A DNA stretch of 64,000 bases from an uncultured bacterium (GTDB taxonomy: Bacteria > Verrucomicrobiota > Kiritimatiellia > RFP12 > UBA3636), in assembly GCA_902761575.1 (NCBI GenBank), contig CACWKU010000001.1, forward strand, positions 22,435-86,434. The letters are read 5' to 3'. The notes beneath the pieces are model-generated. The model ran no database searches. It worked only from the letters and a program-made list of their open reading frames with translations, and was not told the DNA's origin. Positions 8,201 through 17,158 of the stretch are shown piece by piece; position 1 is the stretch's first letter, and each line of letters starts with the position of its first letter. The translations under genes were made by a program, and so were the position numbers.

Positions 8201-10795
8201 CCACTTGACGTCGTTCGGGCACTGGGGGACGAGAAGCTTGTAGCCGCTTGGGCCGCCCGCGCCGTCGAGGTAGCGCTGAATGTTCGACATCTCGTTGATC
8301 GTGAACGAATTGTCGACGCCGCACTGGCCGTATCCGTGAAGGAACACGACGACGGGAACCTTGCCGCCGTTCGGATCGGCCTTCGCCGCGACGCGGTAGG
8401 GGAGCTGAAGCTTGTTGGACGCGATGAAGGTCTTCTTGACGAATTCGCCGGTCAGGTCGTCGCCGCCGCCACCACCGCCGCCGCCGCCACCGCCGAGCTC
8501 GCGGAGCTGAATGGCCTTGACGAGGCATTTGCTGCCGGAGGTGGCGAACGTGACGGTCACGGTCTCCTGCGCGCCCGTCGCCTCGAACACGCGCGAAATG
8601 ACGGCGCCGCACTTGTAGTCGTTCTGCTTGGTGGCCTCGAACGGAACGAGATCGCCGGCGGAGAGCGTCGTCGAGGAATTGTTCCAGTGGTTGGCGGCGA
8701 GAATCTGGACCAGGTACTTCTTCCCGGCCGTGAGCCCCTGGAGGGTGAAGGCAAGGTCCAGCGAGGAGTCGCTCTTCTCCCACACCCAGCCGCCGTTGAA
8801 CACCGGGTTGTTCTCCGTCCAGCCCGCGCCGGCGTACGACGAGGGCGAGACCGTCGCCTGGTCCGAGCCCGGGAAGCCCGCGGAGAACGAGACGCCGTTG
8901 ACAGTGTGCCCGGTGAAGCCGCGCGCGAAGACCTGCGTGCCGTCGCTGCGGAACGCCGAGCCCGTCGCGTCCATCGGCGCGACCTTCCAGCCGACGGCGT
9001 CGGCCTGGGAATCGATCTGGAACTTGACGCGCTTCACGGCGGACATCACGACGCCGTCCGACGAAACCCAGACCGCGCAGGTGTGCCAGCCGTCGGCGAG
9101 GTCCGCGAGCTCGAACGAGGCCGAGGAGCCCGTCTCCGCCGCGGGAAGCGCCGTCTCGGCGCCCGCGTCGAGCTTGTAGGAGACCGCGAAGGACGCAGCG
9201 GCCGCGCCGCTCGCGTCCGTGCCCTTCGTCACGTTCGAAAGCGAGATCGTCGCCGACGTGCCGCTGACCTGCGCGGCGGCGGAGCCGATCGTCGGAAGCA
9301 CGACGGGCGAGGCGCCGGCCGTCGCCATCGCGCTGGCGATCGCGGGCGCGAGGATCTCCTCGTAGGCCTTCGTGGTCAGGTGCAGGAACTGGTCGGGATA
9401 GTCGCCGTTGCCCTGGAGGTACATCTCGCCGCGGTACGTCCCGTCGGCGTTCAGGAACTGGCTGCGGACGTCGACGAGGATCACGCGCTCTCCGTCCGCG
9501 AACGTCCGGATGATCTCGTTCGCCGCCTCGTTGTTGGCGTAGTGCGCGGCGCCCTTCGCGCCGTTCTGCGCGTTCGTGTAGCCGTAGGGGATGATCGGCA
9601 TCAGGAGGACCTTCGACTCGGGATGCTTCGCGAGGATGAGGTCGAGCACGGCGCGCACGCCCGCGGCGATGTCCGCGGGATCCTCGCTCGGATTCTTCCC
9701 GATCGTGTTGTTCGTGCCGATCAGCAGGTTGAAGAACTTCGTCGTGTAGCCGTCGATGCAGCCGCTCTCGAGGCGCCACAGCAGGTTCTCCACGAAGTCG
9801 CCGGTCCGGCCGAGGTTCAGGACGTTGGCGGCGAGTCCGTTCATGGACGAGGCGCTGTTCCCCTCCATCCACTTCTGAGTGAGGGAGTCGCCGAGGAGGA
9901 CGAGATCGAAGCTCCGGCCGTTTTCGCCGATGAGCTTCAGGTCGTCCTCGAACTTCCGCCAGAAGGCGTCCTGCAGATCGGCGTTGACCGCCGTCGGGAA
10001 CGTCGCGATGCGGTCGATCTCGGGACGCGCCGTCGCCACGAGGTCGGCGGGCATCGCGGAGCCGCCCGCCGCGGCGGCGACGTAGGGCGCGACCGCCTGG
10101 GCCCAGACCTCGTAGCCGGCCGCGTTCAGCGTGACGCGGTCGGCATTGAAGAGCGAGGTCTTCAGCGTGTGGTGGTCGTTCTCGAGGAAGAGGTCCGACA
10201 TGTCCACCCAGGCGCATCCCTTCTTCTGCGCGTACGCGCGAACGTCGATGTTCAGGCGGTCGTTGCGCGGACGCACGGGATCGGACTCGTCGAGCCCGCG
10301 CGGAAGCACCGCCTGCACGACGACCTTGGACGCGCCAACGCTTGCGACGAGGTCGTCGATGATTTCGCGCACGCCCAGGTACGTCTTCCCCTCCGGCTCC
10401 TCCTTCTCGGTGTAGATCGCGGCGTTGTTGCCGCCGACCATCAGGAAGACGACCTTGGGGCTGCCGAGCTCGCCGTTCCGGATGCGCCAGAGGACGTTCT
10501 CCGTGCAGTCGCCGGCGAAGCCGAGGTTGAACATTGTCCTGTCGCCGGTGAAGTAGGTCGCGAGCGCGCCCGCGCCCGTCGTCTCCCAGTCCTGCGTCAG
10601 CTCGTCGCCGAGGAAGACGATGTCCTTCCTGATGGAACTGTCGGCCACCGCCGCGACCTTCTCGGCGTGGCGCGCCGTCCACCAGGCGTCGAGCCGCGAG
10701 GCGGGGGTGTTCGCGCGGATGGACACCGCGGGTGCGTTCACAGCGGCCATCGCGAGGATCGCCGCGGACAGGAACGTGAAGGAGTGGGGTTTCAT
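5249..10795 (-). CDS. giant secreted multi-domain carbohydrate esterase: 2x SGNH hydrolase, one alpha/beta-hydrolase esterase (GLSMGGHGTWD), 5 Ig-like and 3 malectin-like domains, two Gly11 linkers, conserved ~130-aa C-terminal domain
   Basis: Real start MKPHSFTFLSAAILAMAAVNA (signal peptide) at 10793-10795, not the upstream TTG/ATG of the track ORF. Domain motifs are read directly from the translation. Confidence 0.8.
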   Translation of the reverse strand: MKPHSFTFLSAAILAMAAVNAPAVSIRANTPASRLDAWWTARHAEKVAAVADSSIRKDIVFLGDELTQDWETTGAGALATYFTGDRTMFNLGFAGDCTENVLWRIRNGELGSPKVVFLMVGGNNAAIYTEKEEPEGKTYLGVREIIDDLVASVGASKVVVQAVLPRGLDESDPVRPRNDRLNIDVRAYAQKKGCAWVDMSDLFLENDHHTLKTSLFNADRVTLNAAGYEVWAQAVAPYVAAAAGGSAMPADLVATARPEIDRIATFPTAVNADLQDAFWRKFEDDLKLIGENGRSFDLVLLGDSLTQKWMEGNSASSMNGLAANVLNLGRTGDFVENLLWRLESGCIDGYTTKFFNLLIGTNNTIGKNPSEDPADIAAGVRAVLDLILAKHPESKVLLMPIIPYGYTNAQNGAKGAAHYANNEAANEIIRTFADGERVILVDVRSQFLNADGTYRGEMYLQGNGDYPDQFLHLTTKAYEEILAPAIASAMATAGASPVVLPTIGSAAAQVSGTSATISLSNVTKGTDASGAAAASFAVSYKLDAGAETALPAAETGSSASFELADLADGWHTCAVWVSSDGVVMSAVKRVKFQIDSQADAVGWKVAPMDATGSAFRSDGTQVFARGFTGHTVNGVSFSAGFPGSDQATVSPSSYAGAGWTENNPVFNGGWVWEKSDSSLDLAFTLQGLTAGKKYLVQILAANHWNNSSTTLSAGDLVPFEATKQNDYKCGAVISRVFEATGAQETVTVTFATSGSKCLVKAIQLRELGGGGGGGGGGGDDLTGEFVKKTFIASNKLQLPYRVAAKADPNGGKVPVVVFLHGYGQCGVDNSFTINEMSNIQRYLDGAGGPSGYKLLVPQCPNDVKWAEFSMNSTTCTFQDKPSAALQAVFDLLDAYAAMADVDADRIYVTGLSMGGHGTWDAICRRPDFFAAAMPCCGGGDPACAADIAHVPVLAVHNRGDPTIPVEQTEGIVTALRALGSDVIFEKLENNSHDAWTTCYATEDDVTAGAPNHRFVWMFAQNRATNNRPKYPRIAELAAAPSGSNATISLTGVVLGTDANSVPATKYSVAYKLDGAAAVTALSDQTSEDCSFTLEGLADGNHTCEVTMTTDKGRAKTKSVVFYVNTSAVSDVWTSGYMDAGGTAFSTEGTFVYGYVCNGGTINGIPFERSVNLQSSENPPKISFTPNIDGFTGDFMNESVGGNLGLSLGNGWYWDSDGSGTHTVTLTLSNLEGGKIYLVQFLAHNYWNNTTTVSANGCDPVHIHGDNEASGKYGALVTGVFTAVGATKDVTITYQGGSGKMPFNAVQVRELDGGGGGGGGGGATVVEPSIGSVTATPDGSTASLFLSGIVMGTDDAGTDATSYSVSYALNGGTAVTALQNQTGATASFAIENLADGDYTCVVTIATDKGKTSAAKSVSFRIGTPPPPVIAPSIAAATANVAGSNATVTLSGIVLGTDDAGAAASSYSVSYALNGGTAVAALANQTDDTASFSIENLADGSYACAVTVTTDKGKTATKSVSFAVNTSGGGGSVVEGWTVATLSASDETMLRTDGTLLYAYRGASTDRTLGGVTFQAGANLSGASISFAPTFVGADVSAGSSSLLGTVWDFGVDTGMGEIHLTLSGLTAGHAYLLQILARNSYGNAYITIGDLPSVSIQNGNGSSGATVYGSFTAESSSHVVTFKMGGSGAARYVAALQVRDLGEAGGGGFQDWPEDPDTAITDATSPADLGLTGGAFAEAGTTTAELRRLSKWARANGVPFGGADVNAMSFDADGNPDNALSAAYLLNCAVAGLDEAKSAFRFAGIDPGTVPAIAGTYNGTVTVFGADALSGPWQPATDQHHFYRAILTR
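6831..6865 (-). repeat. GGC/GGT codon tract encoding a Gly11 linker in the giant esterase (second copy at 8458-8497)
   Basis: CCGCCGCCACCCCCGCCGCCGCC on the plus strand. Protein reads ...LRELGGGGGGGGGGGDDL... Confidence 0.8.
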
Positions 10796-10883
10796 CGTGA
10801 GCCTCGTGCTTTGGTTGCGTGCCCTTTCCGCACGCGTGCCGAATCCGGCCACGCGATGGCGATGGCTCCGTTCGACACCGCGA

Positions 10884-10942
10884 ATCATACCGCCGCGCCC
10901 GCCCGTTCGGCTAGGTAGATTCGCGGCGGATATCAGTAAAGA
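10884..10942 (-). promoter_or_regulatory. promoter of the giant esterase gene: -10 TATGAT plus upstream TTTACTGATA element
   Basis: rc ATCATA at 10884-10889. Element CAGTAAAGA at 10934-10942. Confidence 0.5.
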
Positions 10943-10963
10943 GACGGCTATACGCGCACTCGC

Positions 10964-12616
10964 CTAGCGCGTCAGGTCGCGGACCTGGATGGCGTTGAGG
11001 GCGTAGTTGTTGTCGGCGCAGACGGTGATCGTCTTCGTGGGCGCGGTCGCCGTGAAGGTTCCCGTGAGCACGCCGCCGCGGGCCCAGCCGTCGCCGCAGA
11101 CCTTGATGTAGTTCGTGTCCCGGAACGACTCCTTGATCCAGACGTGCGACTTCTCGTAGCCGTTGAAGTCGCGGAAGCCGACGATCTGGACGAGGTAGCG
11201 GTGGCCGGGCACGAGGTTCCGGAGCGTCACCTCCTTCTCGCCCGCGTTCGCCCACCAGCAGTGGGCCAGCAGGTCGCGGAGCCCGCCGCCCACGACGTCC
11301 GCCGGGACCTGCGAGCCGGAGGTCGGCCCGTAGGGCCAGGCGATGTTCGCGTCGTCGATGGCGCCGTTCGCGGCGGCGAAGGGAACGGAATGGGCCGTGT
11401 AGGTGCCGCTCCCGACGGCGTACGCGCAGACGAGCGTCCCGTCCGTCCGAATCGCGCCGCCGTCGGCGGAGAGCGCCTCGCCCCGCCAGTCCTCGGTCAT
11501 CGTGAAGTCGACCGAGGTCGAGAGCTCCCTGCCGTCCGCGGTCGTGACGGTCACCTTGCAGGTGTGCGCGCCGAGCGCGACGTCCGGGATCGTGAACGAG
11601 TTGCGCGTCTTCGTCTGGTTCGAGAGGACCGGCTTCCTCGGCCCGCCGTCGAGCTCGTAGGCGACCGAGTAGGACGCGACGGGAACGGCCTTCGCGTCCG
11701 TCCCGAGGAAGATGCCGCGGACCGTGATCGTCGCGGTCCCCGGGCCGTCCGCGTTCGGCGCGGCCGACGCGTAGCCGAGCGAGGGGTCCGCCACGTGGGG
11801 CCGGCCCGCGGGGATCGCGCGGTACTTCTGCATCGCGGCCGTCAGGGCGGGCTTCCAGATGGCGGGATAGGCGGAGTCGGCCGGATGCAGGCAGTGCCCC
11901 TTCGAATCGTAGACGCCGGCCTTGTAGCAGCTCTCCTTGCAGGAGGCGTCGGGGTTGAGGAACGCGCCGCGCAGGTCCACCCAGAACACGCGACTGTTGT
12001 CGACGAACCCCAGGATGATGTCGTTGACGTCCTCGTTCACGTTGCGGACGTCGAGCGCCGCGTAGTACCGGCTCTCGAACCCGTAGGGCAGGATCGGCAT
12101 CAGGAGGATCTTCGACTCGGGGTGCTTCGCCACGATCTCGCGCAGGATGAGCCGGATCGACTCGGCGACGTCCTCCGCGCGGTCGCAGGGGTCGTCGTGG
12201 TTGTCGACGTGCTTCTGGTAGCCGTTGTTCACGCCGATCATCAGCGTGAAGTACTCCGCCTGGTAGCCGTCGAGCGCGCCGTTCCGGACGCGCCAGAGCA
12301 GGTTCTGCGCGCGGTCGCTGCCGATGCCCATGTTGATCGTCCTGCCGGCATCCCCGTCGAAGCTCAGGTTCGAGTAGACCCAGAAGTCGGTGATGGAGTC
12401 GCCGAAGAGGACGGCGTCGAACGACTTGCCCTGGCTCTGGCTGCGGTCGTCTTCGAAGTGGCGAACGCCGTACTCGTCCGTGCGACGCGCCGGCGTGCAC
12501 GGCTCCGAATCCGGGTTTGAGCCCGGCACGGGGACGTCGAGCGGTCCGCCGAACGCGGCGGTCGCGGCGACCGCGAGGATCGCCGAGGAGAGGAGCGGGA
12601 GGGCGTGGAGCTTCAT
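10964..12616 (-). CDS. secreted SGNH hydrolase + Ig-like + C-terminal malectin-like domain
   Basis: Track ORF. Signal peptide MKLHALPLLSSAILAVAATAA. Motifs FGDSITDFW, GIGSDRAQNLLWR, GVNNG. Ends ...NAIQVRDLTR. Confidence 0.8.
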   Translation of the reverse strand: MKLHALPLLSSAILAVAATAAFGGPLDVPVPGSNPDSEPCTPARRTDEYGVRHFEDDRSQSQGKSFDAVLFGDSITDFWVYSNLSFDGDAGRTINMGIGSDRAQNLLWRVRNGALDGYQAEYFTLMIGVNNGYQKHVDNHDDPCDRAEDVAESIRLILREIVAKHPESKILLMPILPYGFESRYYAALDVRNVNEDVNDIILGFVDNSRVFWVDLRGAFLNPDASCKESCYKAGVYDSKGHCLHPADSAYPAIWKPALTAAMQKYRAIPAGRPHVADPSLGYASAAPNADGPGTATITVRGIFLGTDAKAVPVASYSVAYELDGGPRKPVLSNQTKTRNSFTIPDVALGAHTCKVTVTTADGRELSTSVDFTMTEDWRGEALSADGGAIRTDGTLVCAYAVGSGTYTAHSVPFAAANGAIDDANIAWPYGPTSGSQVPADVVGGGLRDLLAHCWWANAGEKEVTLRNLVPGHRYLVQIVGFRDFNGYEKSHVWIKESFRDTNYIKVCGDGWARGGVLTGTFTATAPTKTITVCADNNYALNAIQVRDLTR

Positions 12617-12690
12617 CGTGTGCCTCGTGTTGCTTGGGTTGTCGCCGCCGGGTCCGCCGCGATGGCGGGGACGCCGTCCGACAAGCCGGC

Positions 12691-12748
12691 ATTCTACCCG
12701 TACCGGCCTTTCGGCGGAAAGGGAGTCGCCCGGCGATATCGGGTAAAT
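12691..12748 (-). promoter_or_regulatory. promoter of 10964..12616: -10 TAGAAT plus upstream ATTTACCCG element
   Basis: rc ATTCTA at 12691-12696. Element GGGTAAAT at 12741-12748. Confidence 0.5.
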
Positions 12749-12803
12749 TTCGGCCAGTCCGCCGAAGCGGGCGCGGCGCGACGCCTCGGTTCGGGCGCCC
12801 CGG

Positions 12804-14384
12804 TCAGCGGGTCAGGATCGCCTGGAAGAAGCGGTGCTCGGCCGTGGCGGGCGCCCACGCGCCGCCGAGGTCGTCCGCGCCGAGGACCGTCACGCTGCCG
12901 TTGAGGCCGGAGGCGTCGATGGACGGCACCGTCCCGGGCGTGAACTCCGTGAAGCGGAACGCGGCCTTCCTCGCGTCCAGGTCGCCGACGCCGCAGCCGA
13001 GCAGGTACGCCGTCGTGAGATCGGTGTCCGGGTTGCCCGATTCGTCGAAGGCCATCGCGTTCACGTCCGCGCCGGCGTAGCGCACGCCGTTCGCGCTCGC
13101 CCACTTCGAGAGCCTGCGCAGCTCCGCCGTCGTGGTGGCGGACTCCGCGAAGCCGCCCGCGACGAGGCCCAGGTCGATCGGCCGCATCGCGTCCGTGATC
13201 TGCGCGTCGGGATCCTCGGGCCAGTCGAGAAACGGCGGAACGGTCGGACCGCCCTCGTCGGGAAGGCCCGTCAGCGTCAGCGCGCAGAGGCGGGGGACGG
13301 TCACCGCCCTAAAGGTCATGCCGTAGACCGTCTTCTCCTTGGTCTCGCCGCCGTCCGAGACGAGGAAGACGGCGCGAGTGCCGTCACCGAGGATCGGTCC
13401 GAGCGCGATGCCCTCGTAGACGATGATCTGCTCAAGCCCCCCGCCCCGAAACTCCAGCAGGGCGCTTCCCTTCGAGACCGCCTCGTAAGCGTCCGTCTCC
13501 GTCAGCGCGGCAATCTCCGAGACTTCCGTCGCCGCGGCAAGGGCGGCTGTCGTGATCCGGTAGACGCGACAGCGCCCGAAGGTCGTGGTGCTCACCTCGC
13601 GCTCGAGGGTCAACAGCGACCCGTCCGGCAGCGCGCACAGTCCGGAGAGGCCGCACTGGGAGAACTGGGCGAGCTGCGAGATGAGGACCGACGAGCACGG
13701 GTCGCACAGGTAGGCCCATTCGCCGGCCGACTCCCAGTCAGCCTCCGCCGACTCGCGCGTGAAGCGCGTCAGGCGTACGGCGGTGCTCACGGTGCTGTTG
13801 CCGCTCGAGGAATCGCCGTCGCACGTGAGCGCCTGCTCGTTGGCCGTCCACATCGTGAGCCCATCCGGCGAAACCGTGAGCGCCTCGAGCGAAAGGTTGG
13901 ACCGTTTGTAGTTGCGCTGGACGGCGGGAACCGGGGCGGTCCGCCCCGTGGCGACGCCGTCGAGGCCGTATTCGGCGATCGTCGGGGAGGCTTCGTCGCT
14001 GATCCACAGCGCTCCGGTCTGCGGGTCGAGGGCGATCCCCTCCGCGTCGGTGAGCGTCCCGGGCGTGAACTCCGCGCCGATCGACTGGGCGGCGATGGCG
14101 CCGGAGGCGGGATTGATCGCGAACGAAACCGGATAGACCTTCGACTTGTTGTCGCCCGCGTGGTCGCGCAGCACGTAGAAGACGCCGGCTCGCCCGGACC
14201 AGGCGATGCCGCCGCATCCGTCCTTCTCGAAGGAATACTCGGCGACCTTCTCGATCGAAAGCGAGTAGTCGGAGTCCGGACCGGCGACGATCTCTCGGCT
14301 CGCGGCGTGCGCGAGGGAGGCGCCCAGGACGATGGCGAGCGCGACGGCGGGAATGGCATGCATGGCGGGACTTGGGCTGGACAT
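12804..14384 (-). CDS. secreted beta-propeller protein of the phytase-like esterase family, with the C-terminal domain shared with 5249..10795
   Basis: Track ORF with a signal peptide (alternative start at MHAIPAVALAIVLGASLAHA). Motif EGIALDPQTGALWISDE. C-terminal 130 aa can be aligned by eye to the C-terminus of the giant esterase. Confidence 0.55.
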   Translation of the reverse strand: MSSPSPAMHAIPAVALAIVLGASLAHAASREIVAGPDSDYSLSIEKVAEYSFEKDGCGGIAWSGRAGVFYVLRDHAGDNKSKVYPVSFAINPASGAIAAQSIGAEFTPGTLTDAEGIALDPQTGALWISDEASPTIAEYGLDGVATGRTAPVPAVQRNYKRSNLSLEALTVSPDGLTMWTANEQALTCDGDSSSGNSTVSTAVRLTRFTRESAEADWESAGEWAYLCDPCSSVLISQLAQFSQCGLSGLCALPDGSLLTLEREVSTTTFGRCRVYRITTAALAAATEVSEIAALTETDAYEAVSKGSALLEFRGGGLEQIIVYEGIALGPILGDGTRAVFLVSDGGETKEKTVYGMTFRAVTVPRLCALTLTGLPDEGGPTVPPFLDWPEDPDAQITDAMRPIDLGLVAGGFAESATTTAELRRLSKWASANGVRYAGADVNAMAFDESGNPDTDLTTAYLLGCGVGDLDARKAAFRFTEFTPGTVPSIDASGLNGSVTVLGADDLGGAWAPATAEHRFFQAILTR

Positions 14385-14443
14385 GGCTGTCGATTCGCGG
14401 CTTCTCCGGCGCGACCGCCGGGCGGTCGCGTCGAACGGAACCC

Positions 14444-14523
14444 GATTTTACCCAAGCTCCGGCCGCAAGGCAAACGCGAGCGGCGGCGGCGCTGTTGCCG
14501 TGCGCGGGGCGGTCTGCTAGCAT
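14444..14523 (+). promoter_or_regulatory. plus-strand variant: GATTTTACCCAAG element with a TAGCAT hexamer 9 nt before the ATG of the tandem esterase gene (spacing 71, not 51)
   Basis: Element at 14444-14456. TAGCAT at 14518-14523. ATG at 14533. Confidence 0.3.
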
Positions 14524-14532
14524 CCCCCCGCC

Positions 14533-16236
14533 ATGAGCACGATGAAACCCTTCGATCCCGCCGTCGCGGAGCGCCAGCCGGTCTGGCCCGCCGGAGAGAT
14601 GCCCGACCGCCAGCCCCACCAGATCGCCGCGATGACCGACGAGGCGGAAGCCCCCGGCTTCGACCCCGCCGCGCACACGGAGCCCTTCCTCGACTGGTAT
14701 CCGCCGCCCGCGAACCCCATCGGAGCCTGCGCGATCCTCGTCTCCGGCGGCGCCTACCAGAACTGCTGCGACGTGGGCCTGATCAAGGAGTGGCGCGAGC
14801 GCTTCGAGGCGCTCGGCTGCCAGTGCGTGAACTTCGTCTACCGCACGCCGTGGGCGCGCGGGATGGCGATCTACAAGACCGCGTGGGAGGACGCCCGCCG
14901 CGCCGTCCGCCTCGTGCGCTCGCAGGCCGCCGCGCGCGGCTTCGACCCGGAGCGCATCGTCACGGTCTCGATGTCCGCCGGCTCGCACCTCTCGCTGCTC
15001 CTCGCGACGGCGTCGCAGACGAAGGTCTACGAGCCCGTCGACGCGCTCGACGAGATTCCCTGCCACGTGAACGCCGCCGTCGCCTTCGCGCCGGCCGGGA
15101 TGCTCTCCGACGGCCCGATGTGCCCGAACGAGCGCGACGGCGACGGCCTCGACATCGAGCTCGACCCCGCCTTCGCGTTCGACGCGAAGACGCCGCCGGT
15201 CTTCCTCTCGCACGGCGGCGCCGACGCGTACTCGACGTTCAACTCGACGCGCATCTACCGCCGCCTGCGCGCGGCGGGCGTCCCGGCCGAGCTGCACATC
15301 CATCCCGACAAGCCGCACGGCATGTTCGGCCTCGAGCGCGGCGTCGAGTTCCTGCGCCAGATCGGCTTCCTCGGCCCGCTCGGGCCCGAGGTGCCGATCC
15401 TCGAGCGGTTCGCGTCCGACGACGCGCGCGACGGCGCCGCGGAGGCCGCGCCGATCTGGCCGGAGGGGCGCATGCCCCACCCGCAGGCGGACCAGTGCGA
15501 GCCGATCCTCGAGTGGCACCTCCCGAAGAAGCGCACGACCGACGCCATCCAGATCGTCTGGAGCGGCGGCGCCTACCTCGGCAACGACCCGGACGGCTTC
15601 GAGGTCGCGCCCGCGCGGCGCTACCTGAACGGGAAGGGCATGGCCGTCGTCACGGTCCGCTACCGCACGCCGCGCCCCTCCCCTCCCCTCGCCAAGCACG
15701 TCGCGGCGTGGCAGGACGTCCAGCGCGCGGTCCGGCTCGTCCGCGCCGGCGCCGCGGCGCGCGGCCTCGACCCGGACCGCATCGGCGTGATGGGCAGCTC
15801 CGCCGGCGGGCACCTGGCGCTGCTGGCCGCGACCGGCTCGCGCCACCGCACCTACCTTCCGGTCGACGAGACCGACGCCCTACCCTGCACCGTGCAGTGG
15901 TGCGTTGCGATCTACCCGGCCTACACGATCGAGGGCACCTACGACAACGGGACACCCGACGGCTCCAACGACCCGGCGCTGCGCCTCGCCCCGGAGCTGC
16001 CGTTCGACCCCGACACGCCGCCGATCCTCTTCGTGCACGGCGACGCGGACGAACACCCCGCCACGGCATCCGTCGCGACGTGGGAGCAGCTGCGCCGCAT
16101 GGGCGTCCAGGGCGCGGTGCACACGCTCGCCAGGCGCGGCCACTGCTTCTACTTCGCCGCCGCCCCCGGCACCGGCTCCTACACCTTCCTCGACCGGGTC
16201 TGGGAGTTCCTGACGGACAAAGGCTTCAACAAGTAG
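14533..16236 (+). CDS. tandem-duplicated alpha/beta-hydrolase (esterase/lipase) protein, two GxSxG domains, no signal peptide
   Basis: Track ORF. Nucleophile elbows SMSAGSH and GSSAGGH. Each half ends with an HGxADxxV/HP motif. Confidence 0.65.
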   Translation: MSTMKPFDPAVAERQPVWPAGEMPDRQPHQIAAMTDEAEAPGFDPAAHTEPFLDWYPPPANPIGACAILVSGGAYQNCCDVGLIKEWRERFEALGCQCVNFVYRTPWARGMAIYKTAWEDARRAVRLVRSQAAARGFDPERIVTVSMSAGSHLSLLLATASQTKVYEPVDALDEIPCHVNAAVAFAPAGMLSDGPMCPNERDGDGLDIELDPAFAFDAKTPPVFLSHGGADAYSTFNSTRIYRRLRAAGVPAELHIHPDKPHGMFGLERGVEFLRQIGFLGPLGPEVPILERFASDDARDGAAEAAPIWPEGRMPHPQADQCEPILEWHLPKKRTTDAIQIVWSGGAYLGNDPDGFEVAPARRYLNGKGMAVVTVRYRTPRPSPPLAKHVAAWQDVQRAVRLVRAGAAARGLDPDRIGVMGSSAGGHLALLAATGSRHRTYLPVDETDALPCTVQWCVAIYPAYTIEGTYDNGTPDGSNDPALRLAPELPFDPDTPPILFVHGDADEHPATASVATWEQLRRMGVQGAVHTLARRGHCFYFAAAPGTGSYTFLDRVWEFLTDKGFNK

Positions 16237-17158
16237 CCCGAAGCGGGAACCCGGCCGACTCGCGCAGGAGCGCGGTGATGCGCGCGGAGACGGCGTCCTC
16301 CGGCGCGCGGAGGCGCAGGACGCGCGCGTTGCCCGCCGGATCGGGCGCGAAGGGCGTGGAGAGGTCCGGCGCCACGCGGACGCGCCCCGGCTCGCCAAGC
16401 CCGTAGCACTCGTTCTCGCCGTGGACCGCGAGGTCGACGGTGACCGGGTCCCAGCTCGGGCGCGTCATCCCGGGGCCGCAGTAGCGCCGGAACGCCTCGG
16501 CGAGCGGATGCGCGGCGCAGTCCGGCGGCAGGCCGGAGAGGTCGGTGACCACCTTCTCGCCGCTCTCGAACCCGACGAAGACGATCGGGCCGTCCCACGC
16601 GTCGAGGAAGCGGCGCGTGGCCTCCGGGCGTTCGCGGACGTTGGTCTCCGCGTAGCCCGCGCACCGTCCGAAGCCGCCCGCCATCGCCCAGACGGCGCGC
16701 ACCTTGCGTCGGAAGAGCGCGGGGTCCTCCGCGAGGACCTCGTCGAGCGTGTTGAAGAAGCCGATCGAGATCACGTCGACGGAGCCGTCCGCCGCCTCCG
16801 CGAAGACGCGGCGGTAGAGCTCGCGCGCGGCGCACGACGTGGCGGGGTGCGCACCCCGCCACAATGCCGCGAGCGCGGCGAGATACGGGGACTCGTTGCC
16901 GCTCGGCGGAGGCGGGTCGTCCGTGACGCCGACGGGGACGTCCTGCAGGCCCCACGCGGCGAGGACCGCCTTCACCGCGGGCGCGGCGAGCGGCGTCTCG
17001 ACGTTGCACGAGACGCCGCCGATGCGGAACGCGCCGGCGTGGCGGCGCGACTCGGCGCAAAGCAGCGCGAGCGCGGCGACGTCGTCGACGTCGCCGCAGA
17101 AGTCCGTCTCGAGAACGACGGTCGCGCCCGTGCGGGCGGCGAGGGGCTCGGGCGTCAT
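16226..17158 (-). CDS. nucleoside hydrolase (inosine/uridine-preferring family)
   Basis: Start MTPEPLAARTGATVVLETDFCGDVDDVAALALL carries the DxDxxxDD aspartate cluster. ATGA overlap with the upstream CDS stop at 17155-17158. Confidence 0.7.
   Translation of the reverse strand: MTPEPLAARTGATVVLETDFCGDVDDVAALALLCAESRRHAGAFRIGGVSCNVETPLAAPAVKAVLAAWGLQDVPVGVTDDPPPPSGNESPYLAALAALWRGAHPATSCAARELYRRVFAEAADGSVDVISIGFFNTLDEVLAEDPALFRRKVRAVWAMAGGFGRCAGYAETNVRERPEATRRFLDAWDGPIVFVGFESGEKVVTDLSGLPPDCAAHPLAEAFRRYCGPGMTRPSWDPVTVDLAVHGENECYGLGEPGRVRVAPDLSTPFAPDPAGNARVLRLRAPEDAVSARITALLRESAGFPLRATC
16839..16862. repeat. perfect 24-nt palindrome GTGGCGGGGTGCGCACCCCGCCAC inside the nucleoside hydrolase CDS (encodes WRGAHPAT)
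   Basis: Exact palindrome. In-frame translation LWRGAHPATS. Confidence 0.85.

Noticed and set aside
12740-12748. TTTACCC element as a -35 box of an alternative sigma factor
   Set aside because: The distance to the conserved -10-like hexamer is 43-45 nt, far beyond any known -35/-10 spacer. It is better explained as an UP-like or activator site.
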